From positions 280,542 through 344,541 of the forward strand of contig CM082583.2 in the NCBI GenBank assembly GCA_040954595.2: a stretch of DNA of 64,000 bases, read 5' to 3'. Positions within the stretch are counted from its first letter, which is position 1. The number at the start of each line of letters is the position of its first letter. The position numbers and the translations under genes are program-made. Below are positions 38,816 to 50,054 of the stretch, piece by piece. The DNA comes from Balanoglossus misakiensis (lineage: Eukaryota > Animalia > Hemichordata). Under the pieces are notes generated by a model, which saw nothing but the letters and a program-made list of their open reading frames with translations, ran no database searches and was not told where the DNA came from.

Positions 38816-40964
38816 TTTGTCTGGGGTCCAAGGCTGAGATTCTGTACGACGGTTGTATTTCCGCGGAAGCACAACTGCGCTGACTAGCCAGGCCGACGCA
38901 AACGCAACCTTGAACCTTGAACATCGTTCCTGGACTAATATTTTTAATATCCTGTCACAATAACGGTTTTAGGATATATGGCAATGGAACTGTGTTTATT
39001 TTTTCATAAATTTTACAGTGAAGTGCGTCATTTTTTCTGTCAAACTGCGACTTGCAGCATAACTTTGCAGGCAACTCGACGCGATTAATTGCTAAGATGT
39101 TGTGTTGACATGTACACAGCGCGAGACAATGATTGACAGGCAAAATGTATCAAAATTCTGGCCCATGTGACTGACTCCGCGAATCTGATTGGTAGACAAG
39201 ACGCAAAAGTGTAAAAACTTGAAAGTCGATTTCACTTTATGAATGAAAGTGATTCCATAATTAGCATATCTCGTTGGGGCCACAGATCGTTGCGCAGGGG
39301 AAAGAACGTAATCCTGCTAAATAAACTACAAGGCCGCTCGAATATTTTAGCAGGATATTGGAATATTGTATCCTACCTCTTCTAACGAAAAATAAGAAGA
39401 CTGTTCATGTGATAAATATATAATCCCATGATATTTTTCTTTATTTAACGTCATCGTATACTCGTGGTTTTCGCGGAGTCTAGCAACTTCTTGCCTACGG
39501 CTCGAAGTTGCACGGCTCTGCGAAAACACTCGTATACGATGACGTCAAACAAAGAAAAATATCATGGGATTATATATAAAAATAGTATTCCATAACACAG
39601 GGTCAATCTCACTGACAATATATTCAACATCAAGTGTACTCAGATCAACAGTGTTTGTTTTGCAGTAATTACTGAATTTTTAAGATTGCTGATAAATGCT
39701 GACATTTAATTTCACAGCCACCAAATCAAGCATTTTGAAAAAGTCAACGTCAACTTTACTCAAGTCTCATACTTGCTTTTCAAGCCTCTCTATCTGTTTC
39801 TCAGCTTGCACAACATACTGGGGATGTTCGACAAGTGCATTTTGGAGGGCAATAGTGAGATCTGAACCCGTTCGGTACAAAAAGGTGGAGAACTTTCTAC
39901 TCACTTTTGATACAACAGAAAGGTGAATTGGATAATACACACATAGAAATTCCCGAATAAGCCAGCTATTAGGTTTTCTGTGGAATTCCACTGGTTGTAC
40001 CTTGACCTTGGGTCGCAAAGTCTGATATTCATCGTCTAAACAATCATTGAAATATTGCCTGACGTCAAACAATAGAAGGAGCACTTCTCCTAAAAACACA
40101 ACAGTTTTCCAGCATGCAAAATTCACCAAGTCGGTGTCACAGCTGCAGCCTTTTTGTAGCATTGTGACATATTTTTTAATTTCTTCAGCAAGTGCTATAT
40201 CACTCGACATAATTAGGCCTTGTTGAATACTACACGTTGCTTTTTCCGCTAAAGCAACAAATGTTTATAACATTTCAAACAAGTCAGGCTGTCTTGAGTA
40301 AGGGCAAATGGTGTGTTAGTTTGTTGGTGAATTGTTTGCACCATATCAAAATCAGGGATTTTAAACAAATTGTTTGCCCGTGATAAGCACGAAGTACACA
40401 AGGGATGGCTTTTTCTCACAGCAAGGATGTAGTGATGTTGACACAGTGGAAATGATGAAAATCCTTTAAAACCTGAGTTGGCTATACTCAATTTTGTACA
40501 CAGTCCTCCTCGCCTGAAATCAGCTCTATAATGTCGCGTAAAAAAATGGCCTATTTCGCGACCCTTCAGCGGGGCCCACGGTAACGGCTACATGGTATGA
40601 AGTACTTTCCCTCATTAACATATGTTAATGAGTACCATGCGATCTGACTGTACAGACACACATGCACAACGAGAGATTAACAGGCAAACACTGGCTGACC
40701 CATAAGCTGCCAATGGCATGTGTACTGTACACACAGCAAATGGTCTCTTTAACAGATAGCCAGTTATGAAAACATGCAGTTACCAATCACTGTTATTATT
40801 GACAAATTGCATCCAAGTCCAGACCCAGGCTTGAATACAATTTTTAAACAATAACAACATTGCTTACCCTGCTTCACCGAGCTGAACAAGAAATGATGGT
40901 TGATAACCAGCATAATACTGAATAAAAATTCAAAAGTTACAAATATAGGACCTTTCGTTGCCCA

Positions 40965-41330
40965 TATATTATATTACCATGGTCTGTGCGTTGCATTTTA
41001 ATTGGTCAAGATGAACGACATCACTGACCACAAATACCCAGTAATGGTTTGTTTACATGCCCGTAAATCTGAATAGTAATATTAGCAAATAGTTCAGTGA
41101 ACACAACATTTTGCATAACACAAGTTCTGGGGCCCCTAGTCTTGTGTGTGGGACATTTTCATAAATATTGATGGTTTTCTTGAGATTGTTGGTAATGTAA
41201 TGGAAATAAATGTAGGGCTCGGGCTCTAGGAAAGCCAAATTTCATGGGCTCAGAAGCCTTGCCCATGAATTTTGGGCTTTCCCCTCGACCTTGCCCAAAA
41301 ACAAACGTTAATGGTCAGGGCGTTGTGCAT
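40965..41330. mobile_element. Decayed hairpin-ended element (copy B ~60188-60555)
   Basis: ATTATATTACCA / TGGTAATGTAAT pair, then imperfect hairpin ~41214-41297. Confidence 0.5.
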
Positions 41331-41355
41331 TATTTCTATATTGTGTTGATCTTAC

Positions 41356-41472
41356 CTGTACACTCTCCATTGACCAATCAATATTCCACAGCACAAGTGC
41401 AATAAAAAGAGCCTGCTGTATTCACACACTGGCCTCCACAAAGATCTGCTCTCTCTATATATTCATTGACAT
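41356..41472 (-). pseudogene. Degenerate cbEGF exon with a Cys loss and a stop; copy B ~60579-60698
   Basis: DVNEYIERADLCGGQCVNTAGSFYCTCAVEY*LVNGECT; AG/GT. Confidence 0.82.
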
Positions 41473-41802
41473 CTGAAATCAAAGATAGTTATTATTAATA
41501 AATGTATTATTATTTATTTCCTAACAAATGTAATACACATCCATCTCAGTGCATTTTCTACAGAAAATAATAAAATTAGAAAACAAGTGAAAGCTTAAAG
41601 GATAAACATTACACTTAAAAACCCCAAACAAACAGAAACAGTTCTGAAAGACAATCCCTATAAACCAAAAAAGCAATGGAATGAAATAGTGCTGAATAAA
41701 AGGACGAGTCTTAAAAACCCCTTTGAAAACTGTCAATAGATCCAGCATTGTGGATAGAAGGTGCACAAACACTGAATCCTCTTTAGCCATATGCCTTGTT
41801 AA

Positions 41803-42597
41803 GATGGGTCCCCCGTATCTTTTTGCCCGTTGCTATGGGCCTATATAGGACATTACACCCCGATTTGGACTAAGCCGTTTTCAGAGTCTAACAAGGGGCT
41901 GGCAACAAGTTGAAAATCTGCACGATTGTGAGCGCGCGCCCCCTGACGCCATTGATATGCAATTTAGCTAGGTCAAATTTCAAAAAGCCTAAGGCTTTTT
42001 ATTCCGTGACCTAAAAAACGAACTTGATACGTATTCATTAGTTGCTCGAACCAGGGAAGATCGTGACGGATTTTGTTTTCGAATATTATCGTTGTATCCT
42101 ACGATTTCAGCATACCCGTACCACACCTGAAAAAGTCATCGATTTTGGGTGTTTTTGGACGCACTATTCCACCGGTATCGCTTCTTAGCACGATGAAAAC
42201 TGAAAAAACGATCTGTCACACTGTGCGGAAGTACGTTCTCAACAAGCAGGTCAAATTTGGCTGGCCTACGTCGCCTGTGAAAAAAGGCTTAGGGATTTTT
42301 GTGAACGGTGCAAAATCTCTGTGTACAAAACATTGGATTTTTAGCGTTCGATCCAGTTACTGTGGTTACGGGACGCGCACGCTATCGCTGACCGCTGCTT
42401 TGCCGTATTAGCGTGGCGGCCTATGGCCGGGCGGTAGCTGCCGTAACCATACTCGGACAGAGTGTGTGCACACTATCGTGCGTATTTTTAACTGGTTACA
42501 AGCCCCTTGTCGGACGTTTATAACGGTTTCGATCAAAATTGAGTGTAATGTCCTGTAAAGGCCCATAGCAATGGGCAAAAAGATAAGGGGTCCCATC
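41803..42597. mobile_element. Kolobok-like element, TTAA TSD, absent from copy B
   Basis: Empty site CCTTG-TTAA-GTTTTG at 61033-61036. Confidence 0.92.
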
Positions 42598-43215
42598 TTA
42601 AGTTTTGAAATGATCATTCACGGTGATGAGTTATCAAGAATATACCCGTTAAAAATTACTGTACCCTCAGAGAAGCATTTTGTAATGTCTTTAAAATTTG
42701 ATGAAAACTATATGAATTTTCTAAGTGTATATTTATTCATTTGCAGAGGTAATTTACTTAGCTATAGGTTGATAATTTATGTTAATTTCAATGAATTATG
42801 CAAATAAGTAATGAAAATACTTGTACATGAATATATCAGACAGTCTTATAGTGTCGTGTGAGGTTGATGACACATATTCTTAACCACATATTTCTTGATC
42901 AATTAATTGTGTTTACACCAAAGTCCTCAATATCCATGGCAATCTCTTCCTAGGAATTGTAACACTCTCTCCAAAATCCCCTGAAACTTGTGTACCCTGT
43001 CAGCAAAACTTTGTCTGATTTTTAAAATACAGATTACTTTTTCACCCTTGCAAACACATTTTCAAAGATAAGTTTTCACATTTGTTAATTTGTTTATATT
43101 ATGCATAATTATAATTGGAACAATTCTAAGATACAATTTCAACAAACATGTGTTCAGTACGAGTGTGCGGTTGATTTCAAATTTTAAAATGTGTGCAATG
43201 GATAGACAGGATGTG

Positions 43216-43412
43216 TGTTTAGCTGATTGTAACCATAGCAATATGCAATCCCCAAAAACAGTGTAGCCACAGAAGAGACCAATGTTTAGCTGATTGTAAC
43301 CATAGCAATATACAATCCCCAAACAATGTAGCCACAGAAGAGACCAATGTTTAGCTGATTGTAACCATAGCAATATACAATCCCCAAATAATGTAGCCAC
43401 AGAAGAGACCAA
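43216..43412. repeat. ~62-bp minisatellite, three copies
   Basis: TTTAGCTGATTGTAACCATAGCAATAT...GAAGAGACCAA repeated head to tail. Confidence 0.9.
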
Positions 43413-43429
43413 AATCCACAGTTACATAC

Positions 43430-43552
43430 CGCCACATGCATGGCCATCTTCCAGCAGATAGAATCCTGGTCTGCAAGCGCAGAGATAACTACCATGGGTA
43501 TTCTGACAACAGTGTTGACATGCATTTCCACCACTGTGACATTCATTCATAT
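43430..43552 (-). pseudogene. cbEGF exon, phase 1-1, open (copy B 62602-62724)
   Basis: DMNECHSGGNACQHCCQNTHGSYLCACRPGFYLLEDGHACG; AG/GT; 123 bp. Confidence 0.88.
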
Positions 43553-44485
43553 CTGGAAGGTAAGAAGAAATTAGAAATTATTTACAAGCATTACATTATT
43601 CAAGATAAGCCTACTTTTGACTACTGGAATCTCACACCAAAGACACCTGGGCTCAGATTTATAACAAGATGGGGATAATTTGTCTCAATTTGATCATTTG
43701 AGACAAAATATCCCCAAACTTATATATTGTCGATGTAACATTATAATATAGTTATATCACTGTCAGGCATTTATGTCCTACAGTCAAGCGGTTTTAGGCA
43801 CCTGCAGTCATTTTGATGGAGTTGGTTTGAATCCCACCAGTGCCAGAAGTGTGAGATGGTCAACTGGACTTGAGGCGTTTGAGTTCAACCAAACTTTATT
43901 TCTAAGTCTAGGAACTGCATGCACCAACAAAGGCCTACAAAATGGCTTCTGGATTGAAGAGAACTCACAAACACATGCAATCACTTTTATAGGAGTAAAC
44001 AGGTGTTAAAATAACATGTAAATTTTAGAGTTTTTTTTGTTTAATAAGATTTGTATTCAAATTCTATTTCTGAGTCTTACATAGTGATGACCTTTTGTCA
44101 TGCATTGATGTCATGCAACCACTCACTAATTACACACATGTGTTGGTGAGTATCTACAACCACATGTTGAACCTCTTTAAATTGGACACCTGCAATCCAA
44201 ACAATTTCTTCAGTCCCTTTGGTGTTAGACGGGTTTGACTGTACTTGAAAGTGCAGTTGATATACAGAACAAAATGCTAAAAATAGAAATTGCAGACACA
44301 GTGACCCTTTAAAGGCCCTGCTCAACAGTTGCGTGCTAACACAAAGGATTTCTTATTTGTCTTCATTGTTCTGCCCTGAGATTGAGAAAATGGCCTTTAA
44401 TATGTAAAGTGTCAGTTGCAGGTGCATGGCAGTACAATTGACATGATCCTTTAATTTTACAGTGCAATTATAAGATAATACTTAC

Positions 44486-44593
44486 AAATCCTCCAGACAT
44501 TATTCTGAAGAGAGATATGTATGCTTCCTGGCTGTTATTCACAAACTGGAACTCCACAGTGCGTGAGTTTTGAAACATGGCACCAAGTGATTG
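44486..44593 (-). pseudogene. MED25: Isolated MED25 ACID-domain exon
   Basis: QSLGAMFQNSRTVEFQFVNNSQEAYISLFRIMSGGF resembles [36 protein letters not shown]; 108 bp, AG/GT. Confidence 0.85.
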
Positions 44594-44699
44594 CTGTGGG
44601 GAAAAAAATTGACTCCAATCACCATCCCTTGTGCAGGCAAAAGATCATGATATTGCCCTCGCTAACATGTGTTATTATTTAAATATTTCACCTCTACTT

Positions 44700-45015
44700 A
44701 TGCAATGAATTAATGAATACAAAGTGTTGTAGGTCATCCAACATGAGAATGTCACTAACAAAATTATCATTGAGTTTCAAATCCCAAGTAACAGTGGACT
44801 TATATAGTTTATCACCCAGATGAAATTGTTTATCTAAATCTGCTCCTGTCGTATAAGGTTGCTTTGTTAAGACATACAAAGGGAAATGATTGCATTGCAT
44901 GTACACTGTGTGCCTCTGGATGAAAGACCAATCTGTGTATTTCCTTGATGGGTACTACCACACGTTGTTCAGCCAAGCTCATAATTTGTGTAATGTGTAC
45001 CCTCCAAAGATACAT
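44700..45015 (-). pseudogene. Remnant of a peptidase C76-like (herpes tegument deubiquitinase-type) domain; copy B 63014-63335
   Basis: CGSTHQGNTQIGLSSRGTQCTCNAIISL, then in a shifted frame ADLDKQFHLGDKLY...ILMLDDL. Confidence 0.7.
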
Positions 45016-45125
45016 CTGGAAGCACCCTAAAAAATGCTCACTATCCAACATGATCCAACCACAATAACCCCATTGACCTACAGTCAATTGTTTTAATTAG
45101 TTATTTGTATGTGAGCTGTACACAC

Positions 45126-45294
45126 CTCTGGCCATTCCAAGGCTCCGTGCCAAACAACACTTTTCTGCTGTTGTTGTTGTTGTTGTTTTTGTTGTTGTGG
45201 ATCCACTTGCTGCTGGTGAGTCAACTTGATGCACTTGAGCTGTAGAGGGCACTGGTATGTCCAGATCCATCGGTAGTGAAGTACTGGTATTAGC
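45126..45294 (-). pseudogene. MED25: MED25 exon: Q-rich linker into the start of the ACID domain
   Basis: QQQQQQQKSVVWHGALEWPE|gt resembles NKLLAWSGVLEWQE; AG/GT. Confidence 0.7.
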
Positions 45295-45336
45295 CTGTAA
45301 TAACACATACAAATCATGACTGTAAATAATTCTGTA

Positions 45337-45560
45337 TTATATTATATCATGCTACCGTCCACAATTCTGATTGGACGAGAGCTCAATCCAGCGATGCTAA
45401 AATTAAGCAATAAAACATCCCTAGCCATGGTGTACCACGAGATTTTGACCAGTTCACAACATATACGCAAGAGCGATAGCGAGTGCGTATATGGAGTTGA
45501 ACTGGTCAAAATCTCGTGGTATACCATGGCTGGGGGTGTTTTAATGCTATTATATTATGC
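45337..45560. mobile_element. Minimal hairpin element related to 23872-24442
   Basis: Hairpin ~45407-45548 with tip GA-GC-GATA-GC-GA; shares TATTATATCATGCTACCGTCC...CTGATTGGACGAGAGC with the 24400-24440 end. Confidence 0.7.
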
Positions 45561-46161
45561 CAGTATATTGAAACTTTGCATAAAACCTTTTAAAAAGGCA
45601 TTTTCTTTGACTATGATATATGACTGTGGTAAATAAAAATATTACAACCATTTTACGGAAGTACCGATTTAGGGTAATGAAAATTTTAACAACCACAAAA
45701 AAGGTGTTCTACATCACCACAATATGATGAATTGGTTGTCAATGGCCATGTAAACAAGTTGTATATTTGTCCTTTGAACTTTAGAATCTGGATTGTATGA
45801 TTTCAAATATTTGCTTAGCAACAGATACCCAAGCAGTCACGCAGTTACACCCATTGGAAAATTGTATCACCCACACCAAGGTGGGTGGAAGTTGGTCCTG
45901 GTGCTTTTTTTTCCCATGATTCAAATTACAGTAAACGCCATATTAGAAATTCTGCCAACTTTCCCTCGATTTTGTAAAAAAATATGATGACTTATACATG
46001 ACAAATATTTTTTTTTCTGAAAGAGTGACCTCAAAGCTACCAAATTATGTAGAAATTACCTGGACCGGATTTTCCCTTTAAGGATAGATTGTTCAAGACA
46101 AAAGTAATGGCTTGAATAGAATATTACATGCACATTTCTATTAAGGACACCTCTGTATTAA

Positions 46162-46693
46162 AGGGACAAAGTCTCTCTCTCGCTGCCCTTTTTTCCATTA
46201 ATAATGTTTGATACAAGACACTGTTTATGTTAATGTACATGTGTATATGTAGTAAATAAACGTTCAACCATACACAACTTCCATCCCGCGTGTATGATAT
46301 GGGAGTAAAAACTCACCCAAAACGAATAAATGGTAGAGACTGATTATTCATTTTGGCGAGTTTTTTCACTCATGTCCACAAGCAGTATATATGTTACTTT
46401 TTATCTACTTTCTGGGGGCATTGCAGGGTTGTTCTTCATTAAGTTTTTGGGATTTTTTTTTCTTTTGTGTCTTTCTTTTATGGCGTTGTTTCTGGGTTTG
46501 TTTTGTATGTTTTTTTTTACAGTATGGGCATACGGCCTGAATTAAAGAATAAATAAATAAATAAATATACTTTGTGTGTGGTTGAATATTGATTCACTAT
46601 ATATCCACATGTAGAATAACATAAATAGTGTCTTGTATCAAATATAATTAATGGAATAAGGGGCAGCGATCGGGAGAGAGAGCCTGTATCCCT
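46162..46693. mobile_element. Palindromic MITE (family of 1679-1984), TTAA TSD, with an internal insertion
   Basis: TTAA|AGGGACAAAG...ATCCCT|TTAA. Confidence 0.75.
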
Positions 46694-46892
46694 TTAAGGA
46701 CATGTTGTGTGATCCCAGAGGTGCCCTTACTAGGCAGGTTTCAATGTACTTCACATGTGAGTTGTACTTTACTGTCGGTATGGAATCATTTCCTGGTTGA
46801 CATGGTGAGCTTTACATACAGATAAACCACCTCAAAAAGTGGGGGCTATAACTAGAGAATGATCTTTAACCTCAGAATTTTACCATAATTAC

Positions 46893-46991
46893 CTTGAATA
46901 TCGTAAACTCTTCATATCGTCAAATAACTGCACTGCAGTACTTAGACCTTCTGAAATCATACTGTATTTCTCACCTGCTCCTGACAAAAAT
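46893..46991 (-). pseudogene. MED25: Isolated MED25 VWA-domain exon
   Basis: FLSGAGEKYSMISEGLSTAVQLFDDMKSLR resembles [30 protein letters not shown]; 99 bp, AG/GT. Confidence 0.85.
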
Positions 46992-47299
46992 CTGAAATAC
47001 AACACAGTACAATTATTTAACAACAGGTGTATGTAAACAATGTCTACTCCGATTGTAGACAGATTTGGTTAAACATTTTATGAAACATTTAAAGGTAGGA
47101 ACCTCTAATAAAAGCCAGTGAGTCAAAGGACAAAACTGAGACTTTGAAACAGTAACCCATTGCCAAGTGTGACAGGGTGATGCGATCAGGCTAATAAAGG
47201 AGTTTTAATTTACCTTAGTATACTAAATTTAGAATAAACGAAAAAATCTACGATTAAAAAACAACTGTTACAACGGGTTGGCGAAAACAAATATAAGGA

Positions 47300-48466
47300 A
47301 CCCCCCCCCTCCCCCCCAAAAAAAAACAAATGTGGTAAAGGGGTCCAACATTTTGCACACCATCACTTTTCGGCAGTCAGTCTGCATTCAAGCCAAAGGA
47401 GCAAACCAAATTGCAAGAAATACCACGACAATACTAACCGTATAGTAAATAGGTGAACAAGTATCTTCAGGGTGGCTAAAACAAAAATGATTACCCCCCC
47501 CCCCCCCAAGACATGATGGAAGGTTCCAAAAATTTGAATCCCATCATTTTAGTTCTGGTGGAGCCCCATTGAAACCAAAACATCAAAGAAAAATAATATT
47601 TTTAGCAAAATATTGTATGAGAAGGGAGTAAATCGGCCAACAAACAACTTCGGAGTGGCCAAAATGGAAGTGCCAATAAAAAATGATGGGGGGCCTATAA
47701 TTTGCACCCTATTATTTTTGGCCAGGTGGGTCCCCTCCAAAGCAAAAACAACAAAAACAAATTAATTGTAGCCCAAATTCCCATGATAATAGAGTAAATA
47801 GGCCAACACACAACTTCGGAGTGGCCAAAATGGAAGTGGCCCCTCCCCCAAATAAAAAATGATGGAGGGGCCCTATAATTTGCACCCAATTATTTTTGGC
47901 CAGGTGGGTCCCCTCCAAGGCAAAAACCACAAAAATAAATTAATTGTAGCCCAAATTCCCATGATGATAGAGTAAATAGGTGAACAAATATCCTCGAGTG
48001 ACCACAACAGAAGAGACCCCCCGAAAAAAATTGATGGAGGGGCCCTAAAAATTGCACCCCATGATTTTTGGGTAGTTGGGTCTCCATTGAAGCCAAACAG
48101 CAAAAAAAAAACAATTTTAGCACAAAAATCCTACGGGAATATACATCATACCACAAAACGGAAGTACCCCCCCCCAGAAAAATATGATGGAGGGGCCCTT
48201 AAAATTGCACCCCATCATTTTCGGGTAGTTGGGTCCCCATAGAAGCCAAAACAGCAAAAAAATCAATTTTAGCACAAAAAACCTACGGGAATACACATCA
48301 TACCACAAAACGGAAGTACCTCCCCCCCCCCCCCCCAGAAAAATATGATGGAGGGGCCCTTAAAATTGCACCCCATCATTTTCGGGTAGTTGGGTCCCCA
48401 TAGAAGCCAAAACAGCAAAAAAATCTATTTTAGCACAAAAATCCTACGGGAATACACATCATACCA
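47300..48466. repeat. Diverging tandem array of ~150-175 bp units
   Basis: GATGGAGGGGCCC..AAATTGCACCC recurs near 47686, 47861, 48033, 48186 and 48347. Confidence 0.85.
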
Positions 48467-49480
48467 CACTAACAGGTTTGACTGTATGTTGATCTGTGTC
48501 ATGAATAGCAGACATTTACCAATGACTGATTGTACAATATATGATTTCAGTGTCACATATACATGTATAAGACACTAAGTACAAACCCATACATCTTACT
48601 TTCTCTCCAAATTGTAGATACTCACAAACGCATGTATGTTGAATCCTGGTCTGCAACCACACTCTGGTAACTGGTTGGTGTGTTGCAATCTACTTGTTGG
48701 CATGGTGACCAACCAGCTTGATCGCACTCATTGTCATCTGCGGGGAAAACACAAATATCATAAAATGTGTTAGAATGAATACATGTGAATTACAGTTTTC
48801 TTTGAGTACACATTTGAAAATATACGATAAGAGAGCAAAATTGTGTGAAACTTAATAAATATCATCTGGCATATTATAACTTGGTCATTACATATGTTTA
48901 TCTGTACCAGTACTGTATACTGATAAACAAACAATGTAGTAACCACATTACATTTAACAAGGTAGTGTTTGAAAGCCAAAAATATCATGCACGAGACAAC
49001 AAACTCATTTTTTGGCTCCGAAGTGTAAACAGGGGAGTCTGTCAAGTTGGGTATGAGCTACTAGTAGGCAACTTTCAGTCTCGAGAGACTATGGCATGAT
49101 GCACTATGATTTAAAACAGCTTCGTGAGTGGCTTGTCAGACCAATACGGGAATGACAATCCTTCCTGCAGTTGGAGCACAAGAACTCTGATGCAGCAGTT
49201 TCAGTTGCGCACTGCATCTTTCGCCGTCTGTCAAACTACTTCCATCCGTCAAGAATTCATACCATTTTCTAGTAGGGGTGTTTTTGGCGGTGGTGTGTAG
49301 CTTTGAGGTGTTGCGGAAGAATTGGAACAGGGGCAGAAATCGGAACGGATTAGCCAGCAGTGTTTTTGCTACCCGCGAGAAAAAAGTTTGGCGAGACGAT
49401 TTTCATACAAATTAGTCAAACTTGCGAAGCACTGCTATCTAACATCGTCGTTTGTTTTGACATGATCAACTTGCCATGAT

Positions 49481-50054
49481 TAGACTGTCGACAGTCCCTC
49501 GCGCCTAATGTGTATCGACTCGGCGTTTCGTTCGAGGGCCGTAAGGCCCGTATCTTTTGAGGGCCGAAGGCCCGATTCGGCGTTTCGTGGTGCGATGGCC
49601 GTAAGGCCTCGGGCGTGGGCGTGGCCCGAGGGACTGTTAAACCTTGTTTCGCCCTCACACGGGCACTGTGGGAAAATGCCCCTGTAAAATGATTGACAGT
49701 TAATATACGTCATAAACTCATAAACGGCAAAGATGTTTTTGTGGCGTCGCCAACGGGCACTGGGAAGTCTTTGGCGTATGAAATCGCACCTTTTCTCTTG
49801 GACAGGATCGGCGAATTTACCGAGGAACCGTCATCGATAGTTTTGGTTGTATCGCCGCTGATTTACGCCCCCATATGCAAATTTTACTACGTCATTTTCT
49901 GCACGCATAATTAATATCAAGGCAAGGCTTACAAGCTATAACAGTCTCTCGGGCCTTACGGCCCTCGCTCCACGAAACGCCGAATCGGGCCTTCGGCCCT
50001 CGCACGAAACGCCGAATCGATACACATTAGGCGCGAGGGACTGTCGACAGTCTA
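49481..50054 (+). mobile_element. AcademH-like deletion derivative with a RecQ-type helicase fragment, 8-bp TSD
   Basis: TIR TAGACTGTCGACAGTCCCTCGCGCCTAATGTGTATCGA; TSD GCCATGAT; empty site near 26720; GKDVFVASPTGTGKSL...VLVVSPL. Confidence 0.85.

Larger units (their letters stand above)
36451..39579. mobile_element. Hairpin-ended element (family of 20653) interrupting the Academ ORF, itself interrupted
   Basis: Colinear with 20653-21874 once 36930-38815 is removed. Confidence 0.8.
28928..40650 (-). mobile_element. Decayed AcademX-type DNA transposon, copy A (transposase + OTU + XPG-like nuclease + Cys cluster), with nested insertions
   Basis: TIRs CAGTCAGATCCCACGGTGCTCATTTGCATATG / CATATGTTAATGAGTACCATGCGATCTGACTG; TSD TACA; motifs SIDNID..FHGT, VGDGKT, DEAHE, HEEADSR..SPDTD..TGCD, CGCKK..C..RCCKC..CGPACQC. 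Confidence 0.85.
25876..45096. repeat. Segmental duplication, copy A
   Basis: Colinear and near-identical with 48467-63435, from CACTAACAGGTTTGACTG to CAGTCAATTGTTTTAA, apart from large indels. Confidence 0.95.

Noticed and set aside
43216-43412. Short direct repeats as a CRISPR array (also 3174-4285 and 47300-48466)
   Set aside because: Head-to-tail units with no unique spacers and no cas genes, in a eukaryotic context.
45097-45312. Thr-rich mucin-like reading
   Set aside because: The alternative Q-rich frame ends in WHGALEWPE at a GT donor and matches MED25.
46760-46851. Possible next MED25 exon (FICM*SSPCQ versus CLLICNSPPY)
   Set aside because: Similarity too weak, contains a stop, and the implied intron is very short.
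49693-49914. Host RecQ helicase gene
   Set aside because: Only motifs I/Ia are present, enclosed by TIRs and a TSD, and absent from copy A.
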